From Balanoglossus misakiensis (Eukaryota; Animalia; Hemichordata), in the NCBI GenBank assembly GCA_040954595.2, contig CM082576.2:15113028-15177027 (forward strand): 64,000 nt of DNA, written 5' to 3'. Shown in pieces: positions 49,374 to 63,288 of the stretch. Numbering within the stretch: position 1 is the stretch's first letter; each line of letters starts with the position of its first letter. The translations under genes and the position numbers were made by a program. The notes under the pieces were generated by a model, which was not told the DNA's origin, did no database searches, and saw only the letters and a program-made list of their open reading frames with translations.

Positions 49374-52181
49374 GGTGTCTCGATGGCCTAGTTCCCGATC
49401 TCGTGACTCACCGACCGTCTAGTATAGTATGTCTGTCCTCTCGCTAGGTCCACAGTGTTGGGCGTTACATTACACAAACATGGTGACGTCGAGGGCACAC
49501 AAATCACAGAAACGACAAGTTACATACACTTAGATGTCAACATTCAGTTGAAGTCATGTAAGAGTTCGACAGTAACACTGCTGGCGAACTCCAGACTCTA
49601 CAGAATAGGGTCACTGGTGGTGTGTTACCAGTGACATAAATCAACCAAGCATTCGAATTGACTTGCGCACAAGCTACGGTCCCATTATACCGGGGCAAAC
49701 CAAACAAATGAGAGTGACTATTGTTCTCATAAAGGGCGTTCGGTCGTCCCGGAACATGTTAAAGGTAATTGGAGGTCTTTTTTGAATGGACGTTGCGCTC
49801 TCATGAATATAATAAAACAATAAATAGAATTATTTAAATGACAAAATCCAACCGGATACATTTATAAATGCAAATTATAATTCAAATCATTGTCAATATA
49901 TGACGTACCAGTAAAATCATTGATCAAGTGCTCCACTTAATTACTAGCTTTAGGCAAATTATTCCAGTCACTACTTAACTCGAAGAGGAACCGATAATTT
50001 TAAAGACAAAACAAATAACTGAGTATAACTGTAGAAATGGCGATATTTTTCATAGTGTGATAGAACAATATAAATTTAATACAAACCTTGAAATATCCCA
50101 ATGGGCCTCATTCTTCCCGGCTCCCACAAAAAGTCGACATTTCAAATATTTGAAATATCATTGCAGAGTCATTTGGTCATCAGATGCGCATTCAGGTGTC
50201 AGCTTGCTATTAAGATCAATGTTAATTAGATGAGCCAGTTGTAATTTGAACACATGTTAGTTTTATTTTTAAGTGATGCATCAACATATGCCGGTTATGA
50301 GTCCCGGGGTTATGAGAGTACCATTATGAAAATTCATATGACCCTTGACCTGTATGTAAGCAGACAAAAGGTAAGAGCGAACATCTGTTACTCCGGAAAC
50401 GAGGCGTGGTCATAATTCTAAGGGAATGACAATATTCCAACTATATATAGGATGCCTAGACATCACTCAACATATACACCAACCTAGTCGTATTTTATTT
50501 CAATGATCACAGACTCTCTAAGTTTGGTAATGACAAATCCAAGAGTACCAATGAAGTCATGATTATTCTACTAAAAACAAATAAGCCTACCAGGATATGG
50601 TCGGACGTAAACATGCCAGAATGCGCAGAGAAAAACAATTCGATTCCAAACTATTATTTTAAAAAACAACAGATTTTGTCGGTATTTTTTACCGTGAAGC
50701 TGTAAAAAATTCATTTATTCTGTATCTTACGCTATCCATGGATTTTGCAATAATGTAGTCTATGACTCTATATATTCATGATTATCTATCAAAATAAATC
50801 GTAAAACAAAAGAACGGTTATACACCACACAGGAAATATAAGCTTTGAGTAGATTATGAAATCACGTATTTTCTCATACTCATAATATTGACGAGATTTT
50901 ATAATGAAACTGCAGCCAATAGTCCGTATGAATTAATATCATGTCATAACATACGAAGACTTAAATAACAGAATGCGAAATAACAGTGACAGACTGGTCG
51001 AGATCTTCTGATGAGGAGGATATTTAAGTTGCAATCATCGAGTGTTTCGCGGAAATGTACCCAGCTATAGTCTAGTTATAACTCAATCCAGAGCCAATGA
51101 AACCATATTTTTTTGATAATTGCATTGAGTGAAAATATGTCTTCACTGATAGACCTTGGATCTGTGAGAAATATTTGCTTCTCTTGACAGTTTTTATGTG
51201 TATACGACTGAAATAAGCTTTATGTTGAATTATCAGATCTTCAAGCTTAACTGACACTATTTGTAAGCATAATATGTAAATTCTTCCATAAAATTTCTGG
51301 CATGGACCAACAAATTATATCATAAGGGATTGAGACTAAAGTATGAGACCACATTTGGTATAAGCAATAATTCAATATAGATTAATATATTGTAAACGAA
51401 ATTTGACTTCACACAAAAACAAAACTGTGTAAAAAGACATCGATTTTTACTCTTTCGCTGCTCTTATTTGCTTTTTACTCGCATGACAGATTTTTGTAAA
51501 GTTTCGAGTTATTGAAAATATATCATGCGACGTGATGTAAAGAGACATGGTGTGTATCACATCAATCATATCACACCAGAAAAAATGTTCCTAAAATGTC
51601 GTAAAGAAATGTACAAATTCATAATAAGATATTCATCAACACTGACCAAGTATTGTTTCCTTGTGGAAAACGAAATTGTACGGCCCAATCGAGCACGCGA
51701 AAAGTACGTGTGGTAATATAAACGTAAAATGATGACCATATCAGAACTTGCTAAATGACGTGACCTATGACGAAATCCCCACATTTTGTCCAAATCAGAG
51801 GATACAACGATAATGTAATGAACATTTACAGATATTAGTAGCTATTTTACATGAATATTTTACTTATGGGTTTATAGTAGACAGGCACACTACTAATCAA
51901 CAGTAAAATGTAAATTTTCCTTCATTTCTCCTTGTCTTTCTTGATTATCAGTCCACCTTTTGAAGATAGCGGTTTTTTTCTGTGATGTCTTCCAAACTTA
52001 TGCATGGTACTCTAAAAATCCAGCAGTCTTGGCAACAAAATAATAACTATGAATGTCAAACATTATTGTGTCGCCATGGTCACCGATTGAGACTCATACA
52101 ATTACACCTGTCCATACAAGTGATCGTCTTGACTCCCTTTGGACACAGACGGCCATCTTTATCGACGGTGCAGTCAGAAAC

Positions 52182-55100
52182 TCAAGCAAGCGATGTTCTC
52201 GAATTTGTGTTCATATCTTGCGGGAAAGTAACAGTTGTACTGTCGCCAAGGGATTTATCCGCGATTTCCGACTCGATCTTCTCGCGGTCTTCCGTTGAAA
52301 CCGGAACGTAGCCAAAGATGTTGCCCCGAGCAATCTTGTACAAGTAGCGAGCCCAAATTAGCAAGAGAAACATCTCAAAAATCAACAGGTTGTTGTTTAT
52401 CCCTGAAAAACAAACAGAGAGTCACAATCAATCTGTTTGGAGATTATTATCTCTCCTGTCTGACCGATGACGAAATTTTGGTGTCTTCTTGTGGACATAT
52501 TTATATCGTGTCCTAGGATGTATATCTTATACAAAGGATATTGTTATCAAAATACATGTGCATGTAAACTTAGTCTTATTCCATCATTCCATCTAACCAA
52601 ATATAGACACCATGCCTGAGTTGAGTTCAAAGGATGACGCAAATGATTCTTCGTATGTCTGCTGATGGTGGAATTCAAGACATGAAAGATATTCAATTCA
52701 AGATTGCAATGCTCGGCCAATAATTACATGGAATCAACTGGGAACAAAAGTCAAGTAGCGTTGATTGTTCTGCCTTTACACATACACATAAAAGCCCTGT
52801 CAATGTCGTTTTACAGTGACATATCGATGTAGTAAAACATTTAGGTTACATCCAAATTACAATCGCATTTTAACAGCGCCCTCATCACTTCACTGCAGAG
52901 AAAACGGGGCGATGCTCACAAAATAATGTTTCCTATAGCGATAAAAGTTACTGAGTGTAAGAGATTAACATTGCTGTCCATACTTTGGGGCGCGTTTAAG
53001 ATTTCGTTTTTGTACATGTTTTGCACATTTTCTCACATGTTACTTCAATACTTGTACAAAAGTACAAACGTCATAAGTGACGTGTGATTTTCTAGTATGA
53101 CTCCATAACCTACAGGGAAGCAAGCACAATCATTTGCCTTTGATTGTTTATATGTGGTCTCTACTTTCTGAGTTTGGGTTACTTACATAAAGATCTCGTT
53201 TGGTTTGCAAGTGGCCCAGTCTCCTGACACGGGATGACGTTTGTCGCCGTCAATATGGACAGGATAGTTTCTTGCATAATGGTGGTGATCAAAACCAAAC
53301 GAAGGCAGTTGAACTTTTGACTGATTTTGCAGTCATGGAGATAGTCCTGGATAGATCGTCGTAACACTCCAATACTATACATGGCCAACAGAGTCGACAA
53401 GTTGATAACCATAATAACATAGAAGTACGGCATGTCCTTTTGATACTGAAAGAAAATGAAATCACGAGATCACGTCATCATTGGTAGCCTGAGAGTGCCT
53501 CAACACAGCAATGTGGTCGCTTTGACCGAAAATGGTGTGTGTTGGAAGAAAGGTGTACAACTTTCATTTGACGTTTTGTATGAGTCCTGTTTGAATTTTG
53601 GCTTTGTCTTAATGATAGCTTCACAAGTCTTCAATCACAGAATGAGACCGAGATGCAGATGATATAAACTTTGTAATCAAACAACATGAACGTAATTTGA
53701 CAAAAATATTCACGACATATTCACGTGGACCACACTGAGATAAAAAAAAATAAAACGACATTATGATTTGACCACATGAACCTGTACCAAACCGGTTACT
53801 TTATAACTGGTCTAACAAGTTTTTCTCCTATATCAGAGCGAATTAAGCATCATTCCCTTACCCGGCTCGGATACGAATCGGTCGCCATGGAGACCAGCAG
53901 CATAGTGTAAGACAAAGCAGGTCTAAGCACTGCGTTTTGAAGAATGCAGTATCTAAGTCGCTTCACGTTGGTTCTATTATTCCCCAATAAAACAAGAATA
54001 AACCCCCAAATATTAAAAAAAAAAAAAAACAAATAGACAACGACTACCATTACCGCACTTGTTTATGCAAATTCGTTGATATACGCGCCACGTGCACCAA
54101 ATTTGATCGGTTCTTGTCACTCCGCGGCAACTTTTCACTAAATTTGGTTCAGATCAGCAATCCTTGCGACGGACAGACAAACAGACGGACAGACATCAGT
54201 ACGACACAAGTCCCCAAGTATGAACAAGCGGCCCATGGGTGTCAGAAAACGGCTATGCAATTTTCAATTTACGTTCAGTAAGGTTGAGTAGTTCAGTACT
54301 TACGGTGTCATAAAAACTGTAGGCAAACATCTACACATGCATACTGGAAAACTAGCAAGAGATACCTCTGTCGATGACATAACCTTAAGAAAATTCTCGA
54401 GTCCTCCGAAATAGTCTTGCACCAAATACAGAAACTGATATAACACTACTGCCAAATATCTGTTGGCAGAGGAAGAAAAAACGTCTTACGATTTTCTTAA
54501 CATTAAATGTAATTGTAAGTTACCTAATTACACAGCATCCAAGAATTCAATTACACATTTGTATTATTAGAACGTTAGAGACAGATATATCCGAAGAAGC
54601 CAGCCAACAACGGTTTTCTAGTCGGCAATCCCGTGTATGCAGTTAAATTCAATTTGATTTTTCCCCCCCGGTAACTCCAAGCATGGATAACGGACATAAA
54701 GACAATACTTACAGAGATACAGCTGTCACCGAGGCGGGCGCTGTTTTCGGCACGATGACCGAAATATAGGAACTAGTTATTAACAGCTGAAAGAGACGAG
54801 TGGACTTTGTTCGCACGATCATAGTCCCCTACCCTACAAAGGTTTAGCTGTGGACACGCAGCTTTGATGTGACGATGACCGCCCTGTGACATTACACGCT
54901 CCACAATAATACACCGCCATATCCAAGATGTTTGTCCGCAGCTTAGATCCCCAATAAGCGACATGATCACACAATGTAGCTAATGCACAACAACAACTGG
55001 ATATGGAATTGTACGCCGTGTTGTAAATTTTCCAAATTGAATTCAAAAAGATTTAAACAATATGACAATTTGTTATAAGTTTGTAGAATACCCCCTCGAT

Positions 55101-56331
55101 TAATCTGGGCCATCCCGTGCTCTTTAAAGGGCCGGCTGCAACCACACGAAAGGGTTCAGCATCCTTCAATTGCATCTGGGATGTGCATGTCCAGTAAAAT
55201 GTCAAAATGAACGTCACTATAGCACACGGGACATTAGGAGACGAAGTTGGTTGTGTGTGTATTTGTGGATTTTTACGGCCAGGGGTTCTCCCAACTATCA
55301 CCTCAACCGACTTGGATTCATTCCGGTCAAATACTGCTCTGGTGGTATCTTTGCATTTTCATACACACTCTTTCCTAGTCCAAAACATCATGAACACTAG
55401 CGATAGCATTGATTCTAAATGACGAAACGTTTTCCAGGGGTATAGGCGAACATTTATTACTACGAATAATGAATAATATAGTAACCCACTTACTGGATAA
55501 AGTAATATCATGTACACACATCTCCTCTGAATGGCGCTATCTGTCATTCTTTTCGAGATGCGGTGATAGGTTTCTGCAAAAATCAACCAGCTAGCCACGA
55601 GCAGTGCAGATTCCACGGTGACCACGGCAATACCATATGGCTCGATGTCTTTTCAAGAAAAAAATGATACAAAAGAGTTTTAATCGTGGTATTTGCCTAA
55701 ACCACAGTTCTGTAAAATTATGTCTTCAATTTGGTTCTTTTGGTGGGTCTGAATTGAAGTCTGAAGGAGGCCAATGTGCAAGTTTAATGCGTACAATATT
55801 ACATGTAATGGTCTAACTTAGAAAATATATCCTGAATGTTCTAAATGACGTCACGATCTGATGGCAGAAGGCAATACTAACGAAAGTCACGGGAAACAAT
55901 ATAAACTAAACGAATGCGCTATTTTGAATTGCCATTCTATGTCTTAAAAGACACTATTGCATGCATGATGCAACTAAGCTCCTGCGCAAATACCTGGTAC
56001 CACTTTGATAACTTTACAACATCATTAGAACAAAATAAATTGGCAGTGTGCAAAGTTCTGTTCACATAGCGGTCAGACATATAAACACTCATGTGTTGTG
56101 CACGTAACCCTGTTATGTGTTCAGTTGTCTTCATCGAAGAGTTATCAGCGTTGAGCGCAAGGGTGCTATTTTTTCTAGCCGACTAATTTTAAGACGGTAT
56201 TTTCTTTCTTCAGAAACAAATTACAGAATACAAATTTTATTAACGACAATTGAAACGCCGAAATGATTACCTTGGAAAAGTTCTTCTGTTGTCAATGGAT
56301 CATTGCTACAGTTCACTTCGCTCATCTCCAT
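52182..56331 (-). CDS. SLC51A: Organic solute transporter alpha-like protein (copy B), 7 exons, 345 aa
   Basis: Exons 56331-56271, 55648-55494, 54786-54713, 54459-54304, 53973-53862, 53445-53187, 52402-52182 (1038 nt), with the same phases as copy A. Motifs LLYP, DYFGG, FPVCMCRCLP, ILQNAVLRP, STLLAMY and LLIFEM...ARYLYK. Confidence 0.86.
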
Positions 56332-57794
56332 CTTGAACGGCTGCTTTCAAAGGCTAGACTCGAGAAGAAAATAAATATATTATGATTGGAAATCACGAAT
56401 TTAAATTAGGTTTTGTTATTTGCAGCTTCTTAAGACACAAATGCCTATTGCAAAGATTCAAATTGATGATTTTCTGCTCATTGTGAGATCTCGCGAGACT
56501 TGATTAAATGCCGTGGCCACAGGTTGTCAGCCAAGTGAGTCAAGCTTTGTATGAAATACAATAGGTGCAGAATTTAACTATAAATTGTAACTGTTGTGCC
56601 GTGAAACACAATGGGCCATGTAGTGTTTGTCGTGTATTACTGAAACTTTCTCCCATATTAACTACCTAGCCATGCGAGATCTTGCAGTGTCTCGTGGAGT
56701 TCGGAAAATGGACTATCTAGCGATCTGAAGATCAAACGGTCAGAAGTTCAGGCTATTGATCACAGTTGGAATTATGCCTACCCTGTCCCCGTCTGTAAAT
56801 GGCGAAGCACCAGAAGTATTGTTCATCTGTACCGGTACAAACCCACAACATTTTATTTAAAAAACAAACATTTCAGAAAATGCAATTTTTTCGATGTTGC
56901 GTCAGTATGCATTGCGTGGTTCATATATTTAATTCGTCAACTCGTGTTGTAATATGTCATGTACTTTTGTAACGACGAACATTAATAAGTAACTATTAAT
57001 AGATGCTTAAAATGACAAGAAAAAGAAGAGGGTTCGTCGTAATCATGATACGGTGCTGTGAACGTTACATAATCGGCCATGTTCAATTCTCAATTTGGCC
57101 AAATCCCTCCTAATATCCCATCGAATTCAAGGGTTACATTTGACCGTCAGTAAACGTCATTTACGGTTCAAATTCATAATAAATAGTTTCATGTTATCTA
57201 GTCTTTGTATGCCTAACTGGTTAATGGATCACAACGTATCCGATAATGAAGATCATTCCGTGCGTGTGCTCTCTGAGTGGCAGAATAAGGGACACGAAAA
57301 CGCTTACCTTTCCTGTTTCTCAAAAAAAACTATTATATGGCGCCGATGAATGGAACTCAAGTCCGTGGAACCTTCTCTCTCTATACTTTTGCAGAGGCCC
57401 GTTACCATGTGGCTGCTTCGACACCCAACGCGGAATGATGCTTGTGTTTACGGCTCAGACGGTTCAGTCGGATCAGAGGGGAATACCAATCTATAATGTT
57501 GTCATATGACCTGTCAAACCGATCACTGTAAACCATTCCTGGTTACTATGGAGAAAACCTTACTTTGTGCAATGGCACTGGCGTGATGTCATTTAGAAGA
57601 TAACTTTTGACTTTTGTAGACAGACAAATTCGGTATTTATTGTTTTTATACCAAGATTGACGTCATTGACAACAACTGCAGCACAAACCTAAGTTCAGTC
57701 TTGATTCCATTTTCTATATTTTCTATGCGATAGTCTCCTTACCCACCTTGCATTTTTTCTTCACCGCAATCGGCATTTCTTTCGTGTATTCTTA

Positions 57795-57935
57795 AACCAA
57801 CCAACCAACCAACCAACCAACCAACCAACCAACCAACCAACCAACCAACCAACCAACCAACCAACCAACCAACCAACCAACCAACCAACCAACCAACCAA
57901 CCAACCAACCAACCAACCAACCAACCAACCAACCA
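57795..57935. repeat. (ACCA)n microsatellite
   Basis: Long perfect tetranucleotide run. Confidence 0.96.
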
Positions 57936-59158
57936 AAACAAACAACTAAACAAACAATATAACGAAAAAAACGTAAAACCTCAGGCTCCAAAATGTTGTA
58001 AGGCGTTACCAAATTGTTGCAAGAGGAAACGAAGTCTTGCTTGGCGGTGTTGAAATTAGGCTTGTTCCAGTGCTACTTAGTGTATTGTTACATAGTGTTA
58101 CTTTACCTATATTAACTCTTATGAAATAAGTCCAAGGTTTCCGTCGTTTTACACAAAATCGACCAATCTTTTATTTCTATAGATGAGAAAAATTGTACAT
58201 CTTAAATTCTACAATTTTTGTCTTACTTGAATCCCCCCAAAATTGCATAATTTCAACACGTGGAGTTTGAAATCGGGTCAAGCAGGCGATACAATGAAAA
58301 ACTGGATTTTAAATGTATAAAGGTTAGTAATGCCGAATGCAAATAGAAAAGTTCAGATCGGTGCAACGAATGTAATACGACTGTAAATAACCTAAATGAC
58401 TTAAAATGCTGTTTTTTTCAAAAAGATCAAAGATCGGTCTGGCCAATAAAGCTGTCAGTCTGGGTTTTTTTCACGTGTGGCATTTTAATTCATTGACATA
58501 GCATGCAGGTCTGACACAAAGATATGGGTTTCAAGGCAAAGTAATGGCAGTTCAAAGTTGGCCTCGTTGATTAATACACGACTTATCGAATCAAGATAAT
58601 CGCACGATGACATGCGGCGCTACTCTGGTCAAGTCAATCATTGTTCGTTTTAAGAATATTCTACTTGGTTCAACTTGAAATCCGAAATACCGACTGAGGT
58701 GTGGGCATTCATTTGTCCAATATAGTACACCACGTGGGAATCCTTGCTGGAATTGGTTCTTATCCCATAATAAAGTAATTTTAATGTTCTCTTTGTATCG
58801 GTGTGTAAGGCCGTTTGCTATGCGATGAAACAACAAAGTCCATCGTGTAACTATAGTCTGTTACGCCTTTTCCCAACTGCACTGTCCGGTGTCGTCTTGT
58901 CTTCATCTCGCCTCTGCAGCTTCACATTGATAAACAAAAGATACGCGGGAAGAGTTGCTAATCACCTAATTTTAATTCACAAACTTGAACCCAGTGCGGT
59001 AGTTCCGGCTCTACCAAGGCTGAAGGACGTGAAATGTTGTAAAATTTATATAGGTTCTCTCGCATCTCACTGCTTATGTTCACCAACATGTGGGAGATGT
59101 GTTTCTCGTAAATTGTAAGGCTGGCACTTTGCCTTGACCTCGTGACCGACACCAAAAA

Positions 59159-62100
59159 TCAGATAGTAGAATAATCCGTCCGGAAACTCTCGGCGCGAAA
59201 TTTCCGATAGGTGTCGATGTTACCCTTCTCTCGTCTGTAGTAGTGGTGGGCGACCAGAAACAGTAAAAACATTTCACATATCACCAGGTAATCGTTCACC
59301 CCTGCTGAAAAAGAAGAAAGAATTGAACTGTTGTTGTGACCAGACAGGCCACGCAATATAATATGACCCTGGCACGGTGACCCTATAAATGAGGTGTTTG
59401 TTTTAGAACGATAAGATCTTCAGTCTGACACTGGCAGATATCAGACGGACTGTGGTGTTATCACCCTAATGTTTAGGTTAAAGGGACAAAGTCTCTCTCT
59501 CGCTGCCCTTTTTCCATTAATTATGTTTGATACAAGACACAGTTTATGTTATTCTACATGTGGATATATAGTGAATCAATGTTCGACCACACAAAATTTC
59601 CATCCCACTTGTACGATATGAGAGTAAAAACTCGCCCAAAATGAATAAATGGTAAAGAACGATTATTCATTTTGGCGAGTTTTTTCACTCTCCTGTCTAT
59701 AAGAGGGATGGAAGTTGTGTGTGGTTGAACGTTCATTCACTATATATCCACATGTAGAATAACAAATGGTGTCTTGTATCAAATATAATTAATGCAAAAA
59801 AGGGCAGCGAGAGAGAGACTTTGTCCCTTTAAATTGAACCATGGTATTGAACACGACACAGTATTCCCGTACATTTCGCCTTCACATTCACCCATGTTAA
59901 TTTTGTATGAGAGATTTGCGACAGCATATATACTTGTAAACCAAAAGTTCTTGACCAAATAAATTATGCCATTATGTCAATGTATTTTTTTCAATATCGA
60001 AATATATATTACTATAAAGTTTTGGAAACTTCTTTATACTGTCACTGACATCAAGTATTTCACACCGCCGATCGAAATTTGAAAGGTCGCTTTTGTCATT
60101 TGTTTATATAACGAAAAATTATAATTCCGAGAAAGTCAGGAAAAGTCTGATGCATGGTTTTTTGGAATATATGATCAAGTTGCCAGCGAAATTTGAGTTG
60201 TTACAGTCTATGCTATAAAATATTCTACCAAGCAGAAGAACATCTAGGAACGAAACATCACACATAATGTCAAAAGACAGGGGTAACTTCTGGCTAATTT
60301 TTCAGTGATTTTGTTATGTGAATCATCTACATTTCTTGTTCTCTCCGCTATATATCCCAACACGCCCAGTTTTCCGCTTGTCAGAGAGTCATGTGTATGT
60401 ATACGAACCGTTATTCTTGAAAAAAACACATGCAATTCCGGACTTGAATACAATAACAACAACAATGCCGATTGTTCTCTCATGAACTATATTGACAAGA
60501 TTAACGCTACGATTTCAACCCTGCCTTCTGCCAAACAAAAACATATACATACAGACGCAACTGATTCCATAAGTTCCCATGGTATATAATTATACATAAC
60601 CAAATGGGACCTAAAAACCATGGTTGATTCACTGAACAAAAAAAAAAATAACCAAATGTTACACTTAGCCAACCGCTTTGTTAAACCCTGATTTATAAAC
60701 TTTGACCCGGTATACTTACACCCTGATTTAGCCTGCCCCGAGAACAGGTAAGTGCATTTGAGTACTTCTGCTGAGCCAATTATTGCAAATATCATGGGTT
60801 GTATATTGGCAACCAGGAGTCCAATCTGGATGCAGGCAAACTTCGGTTTCAACGAGTAACCGGACAGTGTCTGTTTGGCGCATTTGTTGAGCATTCCTAG
60901 AGCGTACATGGCTATGAAAGTGGAGAGAATGCTCACTACGGTGAGGTAGATGAAGGCTTCATCGGCGGCAATCTGTAACAGGAAAGAATTTTGCAAAAGA
61001 TCTCAGACACGAAAACTCAAAAACTAGTGATGCCACCCCCTAGAACTGTCTTCTTGGTTTGAATAGAAAAAGCAACATTTACACATATTGAAATCTTGAA
61101 CGATAAGTGTGCACAGATGAAATCAATGTCAAGCTCACTCATGGTTTGATTTTGATGCTCGACCGTGGATTAGGTGTCATGGTAGGCCATCAGACGCCAT
61201 GTCCTGCGTTACTTTATCCGTAAATGTACGACTTACATTCTGTGTGCTATATTCACTCAACACTTCTAATGTTCCTGGCCATGTTTTTTATGCAGGTTTG
61301 GCCCATGAACTGAAAAGTTGCCATGTAAGAAAATAAGACAATTATGACACCAATTATGCGAAACAGCAAATCCGCTTACTTTACCAGGCGTATAGTTTCC
61401 GTTTGTCCACATAACTGCCGCGATGTACAGCACCACAGGGCGCAGAATACAGACTTGCATCACTCCCAAGCGAATCCAAAAGACGCGCCGCCTAGAATGG
61501 AAATGAATTTTGAGGAGATATATTAAAAGTCATATTTTTTTTACTGACTAACATGAACACATCAAAATGACATTCATCTTAAAAAAAAGAACGTCGGTAA
61601 CTCTGAAAATTTATTTATTGCTGAATTCAAGGTCTTTTGAATGATCTTTGTACAAAGTTAAAAAGACAATTAACAGTAATCTTAGATTTATCGTGAATTT
61701 TCTATGTGATTCTACACACTATATCCCCCCTCTCCCAAGATCATCCATGTTGGACTTTGACGTGCCAAGACAACGTAAGAAAACTACCGGCGCCTATTTT
61801 TGTGTTAATAGATAACTCCATGAACATTGTGTCTGTTCATATCAAAGCAAGACGTTTCACTAACCGTGTGACTCTGATCTTCGGCAAGCAAATACAGCAG
61901 CAAGCAATCGGGGAACCGGCCAGTGTGAGCTTAACATGGCGCATCTTCTCGATCATTGCATTCAGTCCGTCACAATAATCCAGTATTAACAAAAGAAATT
62001 GGTAAATAGCCATAGAGAAATACCTGCAAAGCGACAAGGTAATTGTCAACTATAACAGCGTGTAACAATATAATGAAACAAACATTTGTGTGAGGTCGTC

Positions 62101-62726
62101 AGAAAAGTGTATCGCTTCTCCATTTTACAGGAGCCTGCCTTGTCCACTCTCTGAGTCAGTGAACCAAATGTCAGAATTCGTAAAATACAACATTTCAAAA
62201 ATAATAGATACATTGGAGAAGACTAAACCGAAATTGGGCTTGACAAAGTGTACCAAGTGGTGTTACACAATGCAAACAGAAAATTGGCTTTGTGTGTTCT
62301 TGCCAATCTAAAATAAACTTGATTGGTCTTTGATCTGACAAGAGACGTGCGAGAAAGATTATGATACATACACTGCTGCCGTCAAAGTCGCAAGAACAGA
62401 GGATCTAGGAATCACGATGGCCACTAGCATAATACAACAAAATACCTGTATCAAAAGAACAAAATAAACATTTGTTATTGAAATTTGATTTATAATACTG
62501 AAATCACCACAATCACCTCAGCTCTCATTTACATATGTCCGTATGTGGTTAAAGGGCGTGTCTAAATATTTTAATGACTACGTGGTTCCACACCCTTTTT
62601 ATTGCGTGGCCGTCCTGTGAAAATCGGTGATTGATTAGATATCAACTTGTAATGGTAACTGTGGCTGAATTTGCATAGATGACTGCATATATAGAGAGAG
62701 TCAGACAGACAGACAGACAGACAGAC

Positions 62727-62795
<69 letters not shown>

Positions 62796-63288
62796 TAATG
62801 TATTGATGTTTTGTTGCCCGAGATTGATGATTATTTGACTTACTGGATAAATGCCGAGGTTCCAAATCATTCTCACCCTCCTTTGAGTGTAAGGAATATG
62901 TTTAATGAGCCATATTAGTGCTTCGATAAACATTACAACTACCACTAAAGTGATAGTTCCAGCCAATGAAAGTGCAAATATGGTTGCTGGACGAATATCT
63001 GAAATATAACAATATATCGTTGAACAGATTTAAAGAACATATATCGAACATGATTATCGCCATCAATCAAGTTTAATCTAAGTTTGATCAGACGGCTCTG
63101 TATAAATAATTCGACGCACGTAATGAAACCATGTATAGTCATGGAAATGCAATCATATGAGGTAGGTGCACTTTGGGAAATGTTTCCATGTTGAAGGTGT
63201 CAGTGTATGCACGTGTTGAATCTTACCCACCTGCAAAAAAGTCCTCAGCGTATGGTGCACCATCGCTGCAATTGACATTGTTCGTCAT
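59159..63288 (-). CDS. SLC51A: Organic solute transporter alpha-like protein (copy C), 7 exons, 317 aa
   Basis: Exons 63288-63231, 62998-62844, 62445-62372, 62023-61865, 61491-61380, 60972-60720, 59301-59159 (954 nt). Motifs WNLGIYPVF, IPRS, SPIACCCICLPKI, VMQVCILRP, WTNGNYTPG, STFIAMYAL, KPKF and LVICEM...YYRR. Confidence 0.9.
59482..59828. mobile_element. TTAA-flanked fold-back MITE (family K1), full length
   Basis: TTAA|AGGGACAAAGTCTCTCTCTCGCTGCCCTTTTT ... AAAAAGGGCAGCGAGAGAGAGACTTTGTCCCT|TTAA. Confidence 0.92.
62702..62795. repeat. (CAGA)n(TAGA)n compound microsatellite
   Basis: Tandem tetranucleotide runs in intron 2 of OST-alpha copy C. Confidence 0.95.

Noticed and set aside
49400-52000. 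Possible small OST-beta-like gene between OST-alpha copies
   Set aside because: I could not assemble a single-pass membrane ORF with credible splice sites here or at 56400-58900. A very short divergent gene cannot be fully excluded by eye.
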